This document shows, piece by piece, positions 11,017 through 18,807 of a stretch of 64,000 nucleotides of DNA (position 1 is its first letter; each line of letters begins with the position of its first letter). The translations under genes and the position numbers were made by a program. This stretch comes from Gemmatimonadota bacterium (GTDB lineage: Bacteria > Gemmatimonadota > Gemmatimonadetes > Gemmatimonadales > GWC2-71-9), in NCBI GenBank assembly GCA_036679645.1, contig JAZDCY010000012.1:1-64000 (forward strand), given 5' to 3'. Under the pieces are notes generated by a model. It was not told the origin of the DNA and made no database searches. It saw only the letters and a list, made by a program, of their open reading frames with translations.

Positions 11017-11119
11017 CCCGGCGGTCTGACCGGCCGACACCGGGAGGTGGAACGCATGGGGTGGCAGCCCCGGGCACAGCCACCCTGTTCCGCCGCCCCC
11101 GACCCACTACCTTCTCTCC

Positions 11120-13444
11120 ATGTTTCGCGTTGCACTCTTCGCACTTCAGGTCGCGTCTGGCTCGTCGCAACAGTACTACCACGGGCAAGCGCGAGAACTG
11201 GCCGTTGTCCCCCCGCGACTAGACGCGACCGTAGTGATCGACGGGCGACTTATCGAACCCGAGTGGAGTCGTGCCGCCGTTCTCACGGGGTTCACCCAGT
11301 ACCGTCCGGTTGACGGGCGGCCTGCGGTCGACTCGACCGAAATCTTGGTGTGGTACGCACCGGACGCAATGTATTTCGGCATCCGCGCCTTCGAGCCACA
11401 TGGAGAGGTCCGTGCGACGCTCGCGGATCGGGACAACATCGACAGCGACGACTACGTCCAGCTCCTGCTCGACACGTTCGACGACCGCCGACGCGCGTTC
11501 GTTCTTGGCGTGAACCCATTCGGTGTCCAGGCTGACGGGATCCGCACGGAAGGATCCTTCGGTACCGCCGGCGGCCCGGGTGCGGGCGGACGGTTTGCGA
11601 ACGTGGACATGAACCCTGACTTCGTGTACGAATCCCGCGGGCGGCTCACCGACTGGGGATACGAGGTCGAGATCAGGGTGCCCTTCAAGAGTATCCCGTA
11701 CCAGTCATCCAACCCGCAGCGCTGGGCGATCAACATCATCCGGAAGATTCAGCACTCCGCATACGAGGACAGCTGGGCCCCAGCCGAGCGTGCGAACGCG
11801 TCGTTCCTCGCCCAGTCGGGAACGCTCGAAGGACTCACCGACCTGCGCCGCGGCCTCGTCCTGGACCTCAACCCATTCGCGACGGGCCGTGCGCTCGGTG
11901 CGCCCGACGCTCTAGGCGCCTGGGAATACGATGCGACACCAGAGGTGGGACTGAACGCATCGTGGGGCATCACGACCAATCTGTCCCTGAACGGCACTAT
12001 CAACCCCGACTTCTCGCAGGTCGAGGCCGATGTCGGCCAGGTGACGGTCAACGAGCGGTTCGCCATCTTCTTCCCCGAGAAACGACCGTTCTTTCTCGAG
12101 GGAATCGAGCAGTTCAACACGCCCAACTCGCTCATCCACACTCGCACGATTCGCAATCCCATTGCTGGTGGCAAACTGACTGGCAAGATCTCGGGTACCG
12201 ACATCGGGATCGTCTCCGCTGTGGATGATAAGAACGCGTCCGCGAGCGGCGAGGACCATCCGGTGATCAGCGCCTTCAGGATTCGTCGCGATATCGGCGG
12301 GCAATCGACACTTGGCGGCACCTATACGGACCGGATCGAGGGGGACAACTTCAACCGGATGGCCTCGGCGGACGCCCGACTCGTCTTCGCCAAGTTGTAC
12401 TTCTTCGAGGTGCAGGGGGCCGCGAGTTTCACACGCCTAGACGGCGCTACGCGTACCGGATCGCTCTGGCAGGTCACGCTGGATCGTACCGGCCGCAACT
12501 GGGGATTCAACTACAGCATCAAAGGCATCCATCCGGACTTCGTGGCGGCCACCGGGTTCGTCCCACGTACGGGCATCGTCGAACCTTTCATCGCCAACCG
12601 CCTGACGGCGTACGGCGGCGAAGGCGCCCTGCTCGAGAACTGGACCGGGTTCTTTGTCTTCAATGGAACGTGGGACTATGACACGTTCTTCAACGGCGGG
12701 AGTCCCCTGGAGGGTCAGATTGGCCACACGACATTCCTCACCCTGCGCGGAGGGTGGAGCATCAATGTCTCACCGTCTTGGAACACGGTAGCGTTCGACC
12801 CCACGTTCTACGACCGTTACGCGATTGATCGCGGGGCCGATACCGTGGCGTTCTCGGCCCCAAGCCGGTTGAACGGTCTGGCGGCGGTGAGTATGAGCGT
12901 CAGCACGCCCCAGTTCTCGAGCTTTGCTGCCAGCGTAGGGGCTGGCATCGGCAAGACCGCCGCTTTCTTCGAACCGACCGACGTCAACTCTCTCTCGTTC
13001 AATACTACGGTCGATTGGCGGCCGACCAACCAGCTACGCGTGCAGGCACGGTACGTCTACGCTAGGCTCAACAGGGAACGAGATGGTACTCGTCTTTCCA
13101 CCGCGCATATCCCCCGGCTGAAGCTCGAGTATCAGCTCGCGCGGCCCATCTTCATTCGCTTCATCGGTCAGTACAACGCCCAGGACCAGGACGCCTTGCG
13201 TGATCCCGCGACCGATTTCCCGATCCTGATTGAGGACGAAGACGGCGTCTTGCAACCGGCGGATCGTACGAGCAACAACAGACTACGGATAGACTGGCTT
13301 TTTTCGTACCGTCCAACGCCAGGAACCGTCGTGTTCGCCGGCTATGGTGCGAGCCTCACCGAGAGTGACGCGTTCTCCTTTCGCGACCTGCGCCGCGTGG
13401 AGGACGGCTTCTTCGTGAAGGTGAGCTACCTCTTTCGCCTCTGA
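11120..13444 (+). CDS. CBM9-like + DUF5916 outer-membrane beta-barrel protein
   Basis: IDGRLIEPEW, GVNPFGVQAD, VEIRVPFKSI, TINPDFSQVEAD, FFPEKRPFFLEG, C-terminal FFVKVSYLFRL. Confidence 0.8.
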   Translation: MFRVALFALQVASGSSQQYYHGQARELAVVPPRLDATVVIDGRLIEPEWSRAAVLTGFTQYRPVDGRPAVDSTEILVWYAPDAMYFGIRAFEPHGEVRATLADRDNIDSDDYVQLLLDTFDDRRRAFVLGVNPFGVQADGIRTEGSFGTAGGPGAGGRFANVDMNPDFVYESRGRLTDWGYEVEIRVPFKSIPYQSSNPQRWAINIIRKIQHSAYEDSWAPAERANASFLAQSGTLEGLTDLRRGLVLDLNPFATGRALGAPDALGAWEYDATPEVGLNASWGITTNLSLNGTINPDFSQVEADVGQVTVNERFAIFFPEKRPFFLEGIEQFNTPNSLIHTRTIRNPIAGGKLTGKISGTDIGIVSAVDDKNASASGEDHPVISAFRIRRDIGGQSTLGGTYTDRIEGDNFNRMASADARLVFAKLYFFEVQGAASFTRLDGATRTGSLWQVTLDRTGRNWGFNYSIKGIHPDFVAATGFVPRTGIVEPFIANRLTAYGGEGALLENWTGFFVFNGTWDYDTFFNGGSPLEGQIGHTTFLTLRGGWSINVSPSWNTVAFDPTFYDRYAIDRGADTVAFSAPSRLNGLAAVSMSVSTPQFSSFAASVGAGIGKTAAFFEPTDVNSLSFNTTVDWRPTNQLRVQARYVYARLNRERDGTRLSTAHIPRLKLEYQLARPIFIRFIGQYNAQDQDALRDPATDFPILIEDEDGVLQPADRTSNNRLRIDWLFSYRPTPGTVVFAGYGASLTESDAFSFRDLRRVEDGFFVKVSYLFRL

Positions 13445-13457
13445 GTACGGCATCCAC

Positions 13458-14330
13458 ATGACCCTCACCGTCCGCGTACCAGCATCCACCTCGAATCTCG
13501 GTGCCGGATTCGATTTCCTCGGGTTGGCGCTAGATATCTGGCTCGAGGCGTCGCTCGTTCCGGACCGGCGAGGCAGCCGCCCGCGATACACCGGCACGCT
13601 GAAGGGCTGCGACGCCAATAACGATATAGTCTTTCGACTCCTTGCCGAGCGGGAGGCGCTGGAGGACCACCGGCTCGTGGTCGATTCGCAGATACCGATT
13701 GGTAAGGGTCTCGGCTCGTCGGCGGCGGCCACAGTCGCCGCGTTGGTGCTCGCGCGGCTCGCTACAGGTGACCCGGTCGATCGCAAGGCGGTCTTTCGGG
13801 ACGCCGCGAAGGAAGAGGGTCACCCGGACAATGCCGCAGCGGCCGTATTCGGCGGCCTCGTGCTCGCGGGCGATCGTCCAACCAGCGTCGATCTCCATTC
13901 CGATATCGCGATTGCCTTGGCGATCCCGGCCCGCGGTGTTTCGACGAAATCCGCGCGAGATCTCGTGCCCGGGGCCGTCCCTCGCGATGTCGCCGTACAG
14001 CAATCGGCGCGCAGCGCGGCGCTGGTCTTGGGCCTCACGAGCGGCGATCTCGAGCTAGTGGCCTTCGGCATGGACGATCGCCTTGCGGTCCCGCACCGGA
14101 AACGACTGATCGATGGCTATGACATGGCCGAGGCGGCCGGGTTGGAGGCGGGTGCCTTCGGGGTCACGATCTCCGGAGCCGGATCTGCTGTCCTCGCTCT
14201 CGGACCGCCGGACCGTGTGACGGCGATCGCCGAGTCCATGGCGGCGGCGCTAACGACCGAGCATAGCCCGGCAACCGCGGCTACCCCTCCCGTCGCAAAA
14301 GGCGGTTTCGTCGTCAGCGCTGATTCCTAG
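13458..14330 (+). CDS. thrB: Homoserine kinase
   Basis: VPASTSNLGAGFDFLGLAL, IPIGKGLGSSAA (GHMP), EGHPDNA, ISGAGS. Confidence 0.9.
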   Translation: MTLTVRVPASTSNLGAGFDFLGLALDIWLEASLVPDRRGSRPRYTGTLKGCDANNDIVFRLLAEREALEDHRLVVDSQIPIGKGLGSSAAATVAALVLARLATGDPVDRKAVFRDAAKEEGHPDNAAAAVFGGLVLAGDRPTSVDLHSDIAIALAIPARGVSTKSARDLVPGAVPRDVAVQQSARSAALVLGLTSGDLELVAFGMDDRLAVPHRKRLIDGYDMAEAAGLEAGAFGVTISGAGSAVLALGPPDRVTAIAESMAAALTTEHSPATAATPPVAKGGFVVSADS

Positions 14331-14390
14331 CCATAACACGCGCGCCGATAGCCAAGAATTCTCCTCAGGCCGAGCCTACCCCACGGTCAT

Positions 14391-15065
14391 CTAATGACTC
14401 AGCGACATTCCAATGTTCAACGCACCGGTGGAGCCGGGGAACGCAAAAAAATGTGCGTAGCGCTCTCTCAGCGAAATGCGAAGCACGTCGGATAGCGCGA
14501 TGCCGCCGTAGATAGCCGTCAGCCCCCACTTCGAGAGCCCGGACGATCTGGCCATCCAATCCACGTCCCCGACGGACGAGTTGCGGCCGACCGTGAAGTA
14601 GAAGAGGACGGTTCCGATGCCACTGGCGAGCATGCCGCGCTCGAACTCACCGGCCACGCCCTGAGCGTGCGGCCAGTCGAGAATGGCCTCGTTGATGAGC
14701 AGCTGCACAGCCATGCCCGATGCCGAGAACGCGAACTGCTTGTTAGGATGCGCAAAGGCATCGATGCCGGAATAGACCACCGGCCGCCCGGTATCGAACC
14801 CGACCGACGGATCACCACCAACCGCGAGCGACGTGAGAATGTGCCCCGCCTCGTGTGCCGCGATACTGGCCATGAACCCCATCCCAAACTTGAGCCACGA
14901 GAACGAGCTGCCCTGTTCTGTCAACTGAGACGCACGCACAGAAACGCTCTGCGGCATCTCCCCGGCATCCCCGTCGGCCTGCGCTCGCGCCCGGCCGGCC
15001 ATAGCCGGCGCCAGGACAACGATCACCGCAACAGTTCTGGCCGTCCCGATCACGTAGTCCTTCAC
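14391..15065 (-). CDS. Exported/membrane hypothetical protein with HExxH motif
   Basis: GTG overlapping upstream TGA; signal-like ARA-QA; IAAHEAGH; several hydrophobic segments. Confidence 0.55.
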   Translation of the reverse strand: MKDYVIGTARTVAVIVVLAPAMAGRARAQADGDAGEMPQSVSVRASQLTEQGSSFSWLKFGMGFMASIAAHEAGHILTSLAVGGDPSVGFDTGRPVVYSGIDAFAHPNKQFAFSASGMAVQLLINEAILDWPHAQGVAGEFERGMLASGIGTVLFYFTVGRNSSVGDVDWMARSSGLSKWGLTAIYGGIALSDVLRISLRERYAHFFAFPGSTGALNIGMSLSH

Positions 15066-15580
15066 GACACCTGTCGTAGCCACCGTTGGCGGACCCTGAT
15101 CTTGTGTCCCCAATAGCGACAGTGGAGATAGAAGAATCGGCCCCACTCCGGCGTGTTCAGGTCTCCGAAGATGGGGTGCGCCGCGAAGATGCGCTCCTTT
15201 TGTTCGGACGGCCACGACTTTTCCATCCCGCGAAAGCGCTCGACGCCCACCCGGAACTGTGCAGTAACCAACTCGGGATCGGGGTGTTCCTCAGGATACG
15301 TCGTTCGGGGAACCCTCCCCGCCGACGGGAGCTTTCCCATTCCCAGCGCAAGATGGCGGAGGAGTTTCTGTTTGGGGGTCGCGCGCCGGTGCATGTCGGT
15401 GCGTTCCGCGCGTTTCTCCAGCACAACGCCGACGATGTCGAGGCTGATCGCCAGATGGCTCACGATCTGGGCGAGCGACCACCGGCCATTTGGAGTGCGG
15501 TGCCATACGTCCCCGTCAATCGATTCCAGCGGGCCGAGAATCATCGGCTCGATCGCCGCTAGCTGTCGCCGGACTTTCAT
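15062..15580 (-). CDS. DinB-family protein
   Basis: WSLAQIVSHL and HPIFGDLNTPEW...LHCRYW DinB-like motifs. Confidence 0.75.
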   Translation of the reverse strand: MKVRRQLAAIEPMILGPLESIDGDVWHRTPNGRWSLAQIVSHLAISLDIVGVVLEKRAERTDMHRRATPKQKLLRHLALGMGKLPSAGRVPRTTYPEEHPDPELVTAQFRVGVERFRGMEKSWPSEQKERIFAAHPIFGDLNTPEWGRFFYLHCRYWGHKIRVRQRWLRQVS

Positions 15581-16032
15581 CGTCCCTCACCCGTGAGCGC
15601 CATGCACTCGATCTCTACGAGCGCCCCAAACGCGAGCCCCGACGCCGCAAGCGTCGATCGCGCGGGAGGCCCCTCCGGAAAGTAGCTACCGTATGCCCGA
15701 TTCATGGCGGCGTAGTCCTCGATGTTGCGTAAGAAGACGCTGCACTTCACCACGCGGTGCATCCCGCTCCCTGCATACTCTAGCACCGCCTTGATATTCT
15801 CCATGGTCTGCCGCGTCTGGCCGGCGATTCCGCCATCCGCAAACTGCCGTGTGTCCGGAAGGAAACCAATCTGGCCGGACAGGTACAGCATATTGCCAAC
15901 CCGGACCGCCGAGGTGAACGGCAGTCCCTCGGTTGAACTGCTGGGCAACTGAATGATCTCCCGATCCTGCGCGCGCGCTTCTCCACTCGCGCACACTGCC
16001 ATGCAGGCCACGAACGCGATCCATGACTTCAT
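15577..16032 (-). CDS. RidA/YjgF-family protein with N-terminal signal peptide
   Basis: LYLSGQIG, QTRQTMENI, VVKCSVFL, MNRAYGSYF, PARST, VEIEC; leader MKSWIAFVACMAVCASGEARA-QD. Confidence 0.85.
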   Translation of the reverse strand: MKSWIAFVACMAVCASGEARAQDREIIQLPSSSTEGLPFTSAVRVGNMLYLSGQIGFLPDTRQFADGGIAGQTRQTMENIKAVLEYAGSGMHRVVKCSVFLRNIEDYAAMNRAYGSYFPEGPPARSTLAASGLAFGALVEIECMALTGEGR

Positions 16033-16070
16033 GTGCGACCCCCTTACGAGCTGTTGCATCTTGCGTCTAT

Positions 16071-16511
16071 TCATTGCGTTGACGGGATGGCACTCGTGAC
16101 CGCAATCTTCCAACCGTCACTCGTCTTCACGAGAATGCGCTCGGACCAACCGGATGACATCGTGCCGGCCTGTCTCGCAACATACTCATATGCGCCGTAC
16201 ACCACTCCCGGAGAGAGCCAGACCAGCGTAGGGTTGCTTGCCACCAGCGAGTCTGGCCATGCCGCCTCGGCTTGGCGGGACGCCGCCAGCGACTCGTACC
16301 CGCGCACGAGCCCTGCCGGACTGAGCGCAATGAGATCGGTCGATTGGAGATAGGCCGAGAGATATCGTTTGGTGTCACGATCGTGTATCGCCTCGATGTT
16401 ATCGAGGAACACCGCCCGCGCGCCGTCCAGGTCGGCCGCGCGGATATCGTCGGCGCGCGGTAGCCCGCATGCCGCCACCGCCATCACCACCGACAGCGCG
16501 CCGCCCTTCAC
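16071..16511 (-). CDS. NTF2-like (SnoaL/DUF4440) lipoprotein
   Basis: VAAC lipobox; AIHDRDTKRYLSAY...RGY...ILVKTSDGWKI. Confidence 0.65.
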   Translation of the reverse strand: MKGGALSVVMAVAACGLPRADDIRAADLDGARAVFLDNIEAIHDRDTKRYLSAYLQSTDLIALSPAGLVRGYESLAASRQAEAAWPDSLVASNPTLVWLSPGVVYGAYEYVARQAGTMSSGWSERILVKTSDGWKIAVTSAIPSTQ

Positions 16512-17821
16512 CGCACCGGCCCCTCCCACGGCGGCGCGCTGGTCCACCCGTCGAGCACCTCGATCTGTGCCGTACTGGGTGATCGTTCCGTTTGAAGCCG
16601 CGCCGCTATGCGCTCCACCTCACGCATGACGCGAAGCACGTTGAGCCCGATCACACGCTTCACATCTCCATCGGTCCACCCGCGTCGCAACAGCTCCGCA
16701 ACGAGCGCCGGGAACTTCGACACATCCTCGAGCCCGATAGGAGTAGAACCGATACCATCGAGGTCCCCACCGATCCCTACGTGATCGACCCCTGCCACGT
16801 CCCGCAGATGCTCGATGTGATCCGCCACGACGCCAATGTCGGGCAGCGGTTCCGCATGACGCGACGTCCACACGCGGACCGAATCCTCCGCCGCCGCGCC
16901 AACCATCTCGATCCACCGTGCCTCCAAGCTGTCCCGGGTACGGCGGTACTCATATGCGGGTAGGTAGATGAACGACGGCACGAAGGTCACCATGACCACA
17001 CCGCCGTTGGCGCCCACCGCCGCAGCTACATCGTCCGGCACGTTGCGCGGATGGGGAACGAAGAACCGCGACGATGAGTGGGAATAGAAAACGGGGGCCT
17101 CGGTGATCCGGAGCGCATCCCACATTGTCGAGTCGGAGACATGGGAGAGATCGACCAGCATGCCGAGTCGGTTCATCTCCCGCACGACCTCTTCGCCAAA
17201 GGCGGTAAGGCCCCCATGGACCATGTCGTCAGTTGACGCGTCCGCCCAATCCGTGTTGGCCGAGTGCGTGAGGGTCATGTACCGTACCCCATCACGGTAG
17301 AACGCGCGTAACAGGCCAAGCGAGTTCTCGATCATGTGCCCGCCCTCGAGTCCCAGAAGCGAGCCGATCCTCCCCTCGCGATGCAGGCTGACGATATCAT
17401 CGGCCGAACTGGCGATCGCAAAGACATCCGGATACCGTGCGACCATCCGGTGGACAACGTCCCCCTGCTCCATCCCGACGCGAGCGGCCCCGCCTGACGC
17501 AAACTCGACCGGCGAGTACGTCGACCAGAACTGCGCGCCGACGAGGCCTTCACGGAGGCGCGCGATATCGGTCATGAGGGGGCGCTCCGCGGTGGGCGAT
17601 ACCGCCCAGTTCGGCGGTGTCGCGATATCGAGGGAATCGAAGCTGAGGGCTGCCCGGACGCGAATCTGCCACGGCAGATCGTTGTGGCCATCGATCAGCG
17701 GAACCTCACGCATGATCGCGCGGGCGCGTTGCACGTAGGGATCGTTCTGCGCTACGGCAATTTCCCCCGTCATGAGGAGAATGCCGAGGAGAGATACGGA
17801 GAAAAAGAGTCGGCTCGTCAT
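16508..17821 (-). CDS. Membrane dipeptidase (peptidase M19), exported
   Basis: IDGHNDLPW, GLEGGH, RYMTLTH, EMNRLGMLVDLSHVS, SHSS, GIGGDLDG. Confidence 0.92.
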   Translation of the reverse strand: MTSRLFFSVSLLGILLMTGEIAVAQNDPYVQRARAIMREVPLIDGHNDLPWQIRVRAALSFDSLDIATPPNWAVSPTAERPLMTDIARLREGLVGAQFWSTYSPVEFASGGAARVGMEQGDVVHRMVARYPDVFAIASSADDIVSLHREGRIGSLLGLEGGHMIENSLGLLRAFYRDGVRYMTLTHSANTDWADASTDDMVHGGLTAFGEEVVREMNRLGMLVDLSHVSDSTMWDALRITEAPVFYSHSSSRFFVPHPRNVPDDVAAAVGANGGVVMVTFVPSFIYLPAYEYRRTRDSLEARWIEMVGAAAEDSVRVWTSRHAEPLPDIGVVADHIEHLRDVAGVDHVGIGGDLDGIGSTPIGLEDVSKFPALVAELLRRGWTDGDVKRVIGLNVLRVMREVERIAARLQTERSPSTAQIEVLDGWTSAPPWEGPVR

Positions 17822-18039
17822 CGGGACACCTGGTCCTCCGGAGAAGATGGTTCAAAGCCACGGCACTGTAACATCGGCAGGGGAGGGTATTTAGGGTAGG
17901 CGGTATCGGTCACGGACCGCTGGCAGCGCCAGAAAACCGTGCCCCGTCGACCCTGCACCGGCCGACTGTACGAGCAGGAGGCGCACAGTCCGACGACTCT
18001 GTCCCTCCCACCGCCGTCGCGCCCCACCTCTGTCGTCAT
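17818..18039 (-). CDS. Small Cys-rich conserved hypothetical protein (73 aa)
   Basis: VGLCASC...FWRC...YPKYPPLPMLQC.GFE; stop overlaps the dipeptidase ATG (ATGA). Confidence 0.6.
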   Translation of the reverse strand: MTTEVGRDGGGRDRVVGLCASCSYSRPVQGRRGTVFWRCQRSVTDTAYPKYPPLPMLQCRGFEPSSPEDQVSR

Positions 18040-18053
18040 TAAATTGATCCACC

Positions 18054-18302
18054 ATGACGAGTTTTGTGTGTGTACGGTGCAGTAGGGATGGGGACCGACT
18101 CGCGGCTCCCCCAATGCCGGGTGACATGGGACAGCGAGCGTACGAGTCGGTCTGTAATCCGTGCTGGCAAGAATGGCTCCAACACCAGACAGCACTCATC
18201 AATCACTACGCCCTGAACCTCCGTGACCCGCAGGCGAAACAGCTCCTGACTCAACAGGCCGAGACATTTCTCTTTGGCGCGTCGCAGTCCGAAAGTGAAT
18301 AG
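18054..18302 (+). CDS. yggX: Fe(II)-trafficking / oxidative-damage protection protein (YggX family)
   Basis: PPMPGDMGQRAYESVC..CWQEWLQHQTALINHYALNL.DP.AK..L....ETFLF matches YggX. Confidence 0.8.
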   Translation: MTSFVCVRCSRDGDRLAAPPMPGDMGQRAYESVCNPCWQEWLQHQTALINHYALNLRDPQAKQLLTQQAETFLFGASQSESE

Positions 18303-18807
18303 GACCGCTCGTATCACCTTCGAGTTGAACGGTGAAGCGACGGCCGTGACCTTCGCCCCCCACAAGACCCTGCTCGAGGTGCTGCGCGAGGACCTCGGAC
18401 TCACCGGCACCAAGCACGGGTGCGAGTTGGGGGAGTGTGGCATGTGCGCAGTACTGCTCAATGGGGAACCCGTGCTCTCGTGTCTCGTATTGGGCCTCGC
18501 TTGCGATGGACACCGTGTCGAGACGGTGGAGGGCATGGCCGGTCCGGAGCTGCATCCGCTACAAGTCACGTTCGCCGACCTCGGCGCGGCCCAGTGTGGG
18601 TATTGCACACCCGGGTTCCTCCTGACGGCAGAGGCACTGTTACGGCGCAAACCACGGCCGACACGAGACGAGATCAAAGAGGCCCTCGCTGGAAATCTCT
18701 GTCGCTGTACGGGCTATCTGAAGATATACGAAGCGGTCGAGTTGGCCGCCGCGCGCATGCGCGGGGAAGATGCGGAGCCGGCGGAGGAGACAGTTTATGG
18801 ACGGTAG
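18295..18807 (+). CDS. 2x[2Fe-2S] small subunit of xanthine-oxidase-family enzyme (HcrC/CoxS-like)
   Basis: TLLEVLREDLGLTGTKHGCELGECGMC, AQCGYCTPG, NLCRCTGY. Confidence 0.92.
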   Translation: MNRTARITFELNGEATAVTFAPHKTLLEVLREDLGLTGTKHGCELGECGMCAVLLNGEPVLSCLVLGLACDGHRVETVEGMAGPELHPLQVTFADLGAAQCGYCTPGFLLTAEALLRRKPRPTRDEIKEALAGNLCRCTGYLKIYEAVELAAARMRGEDAEPAEETVYGR

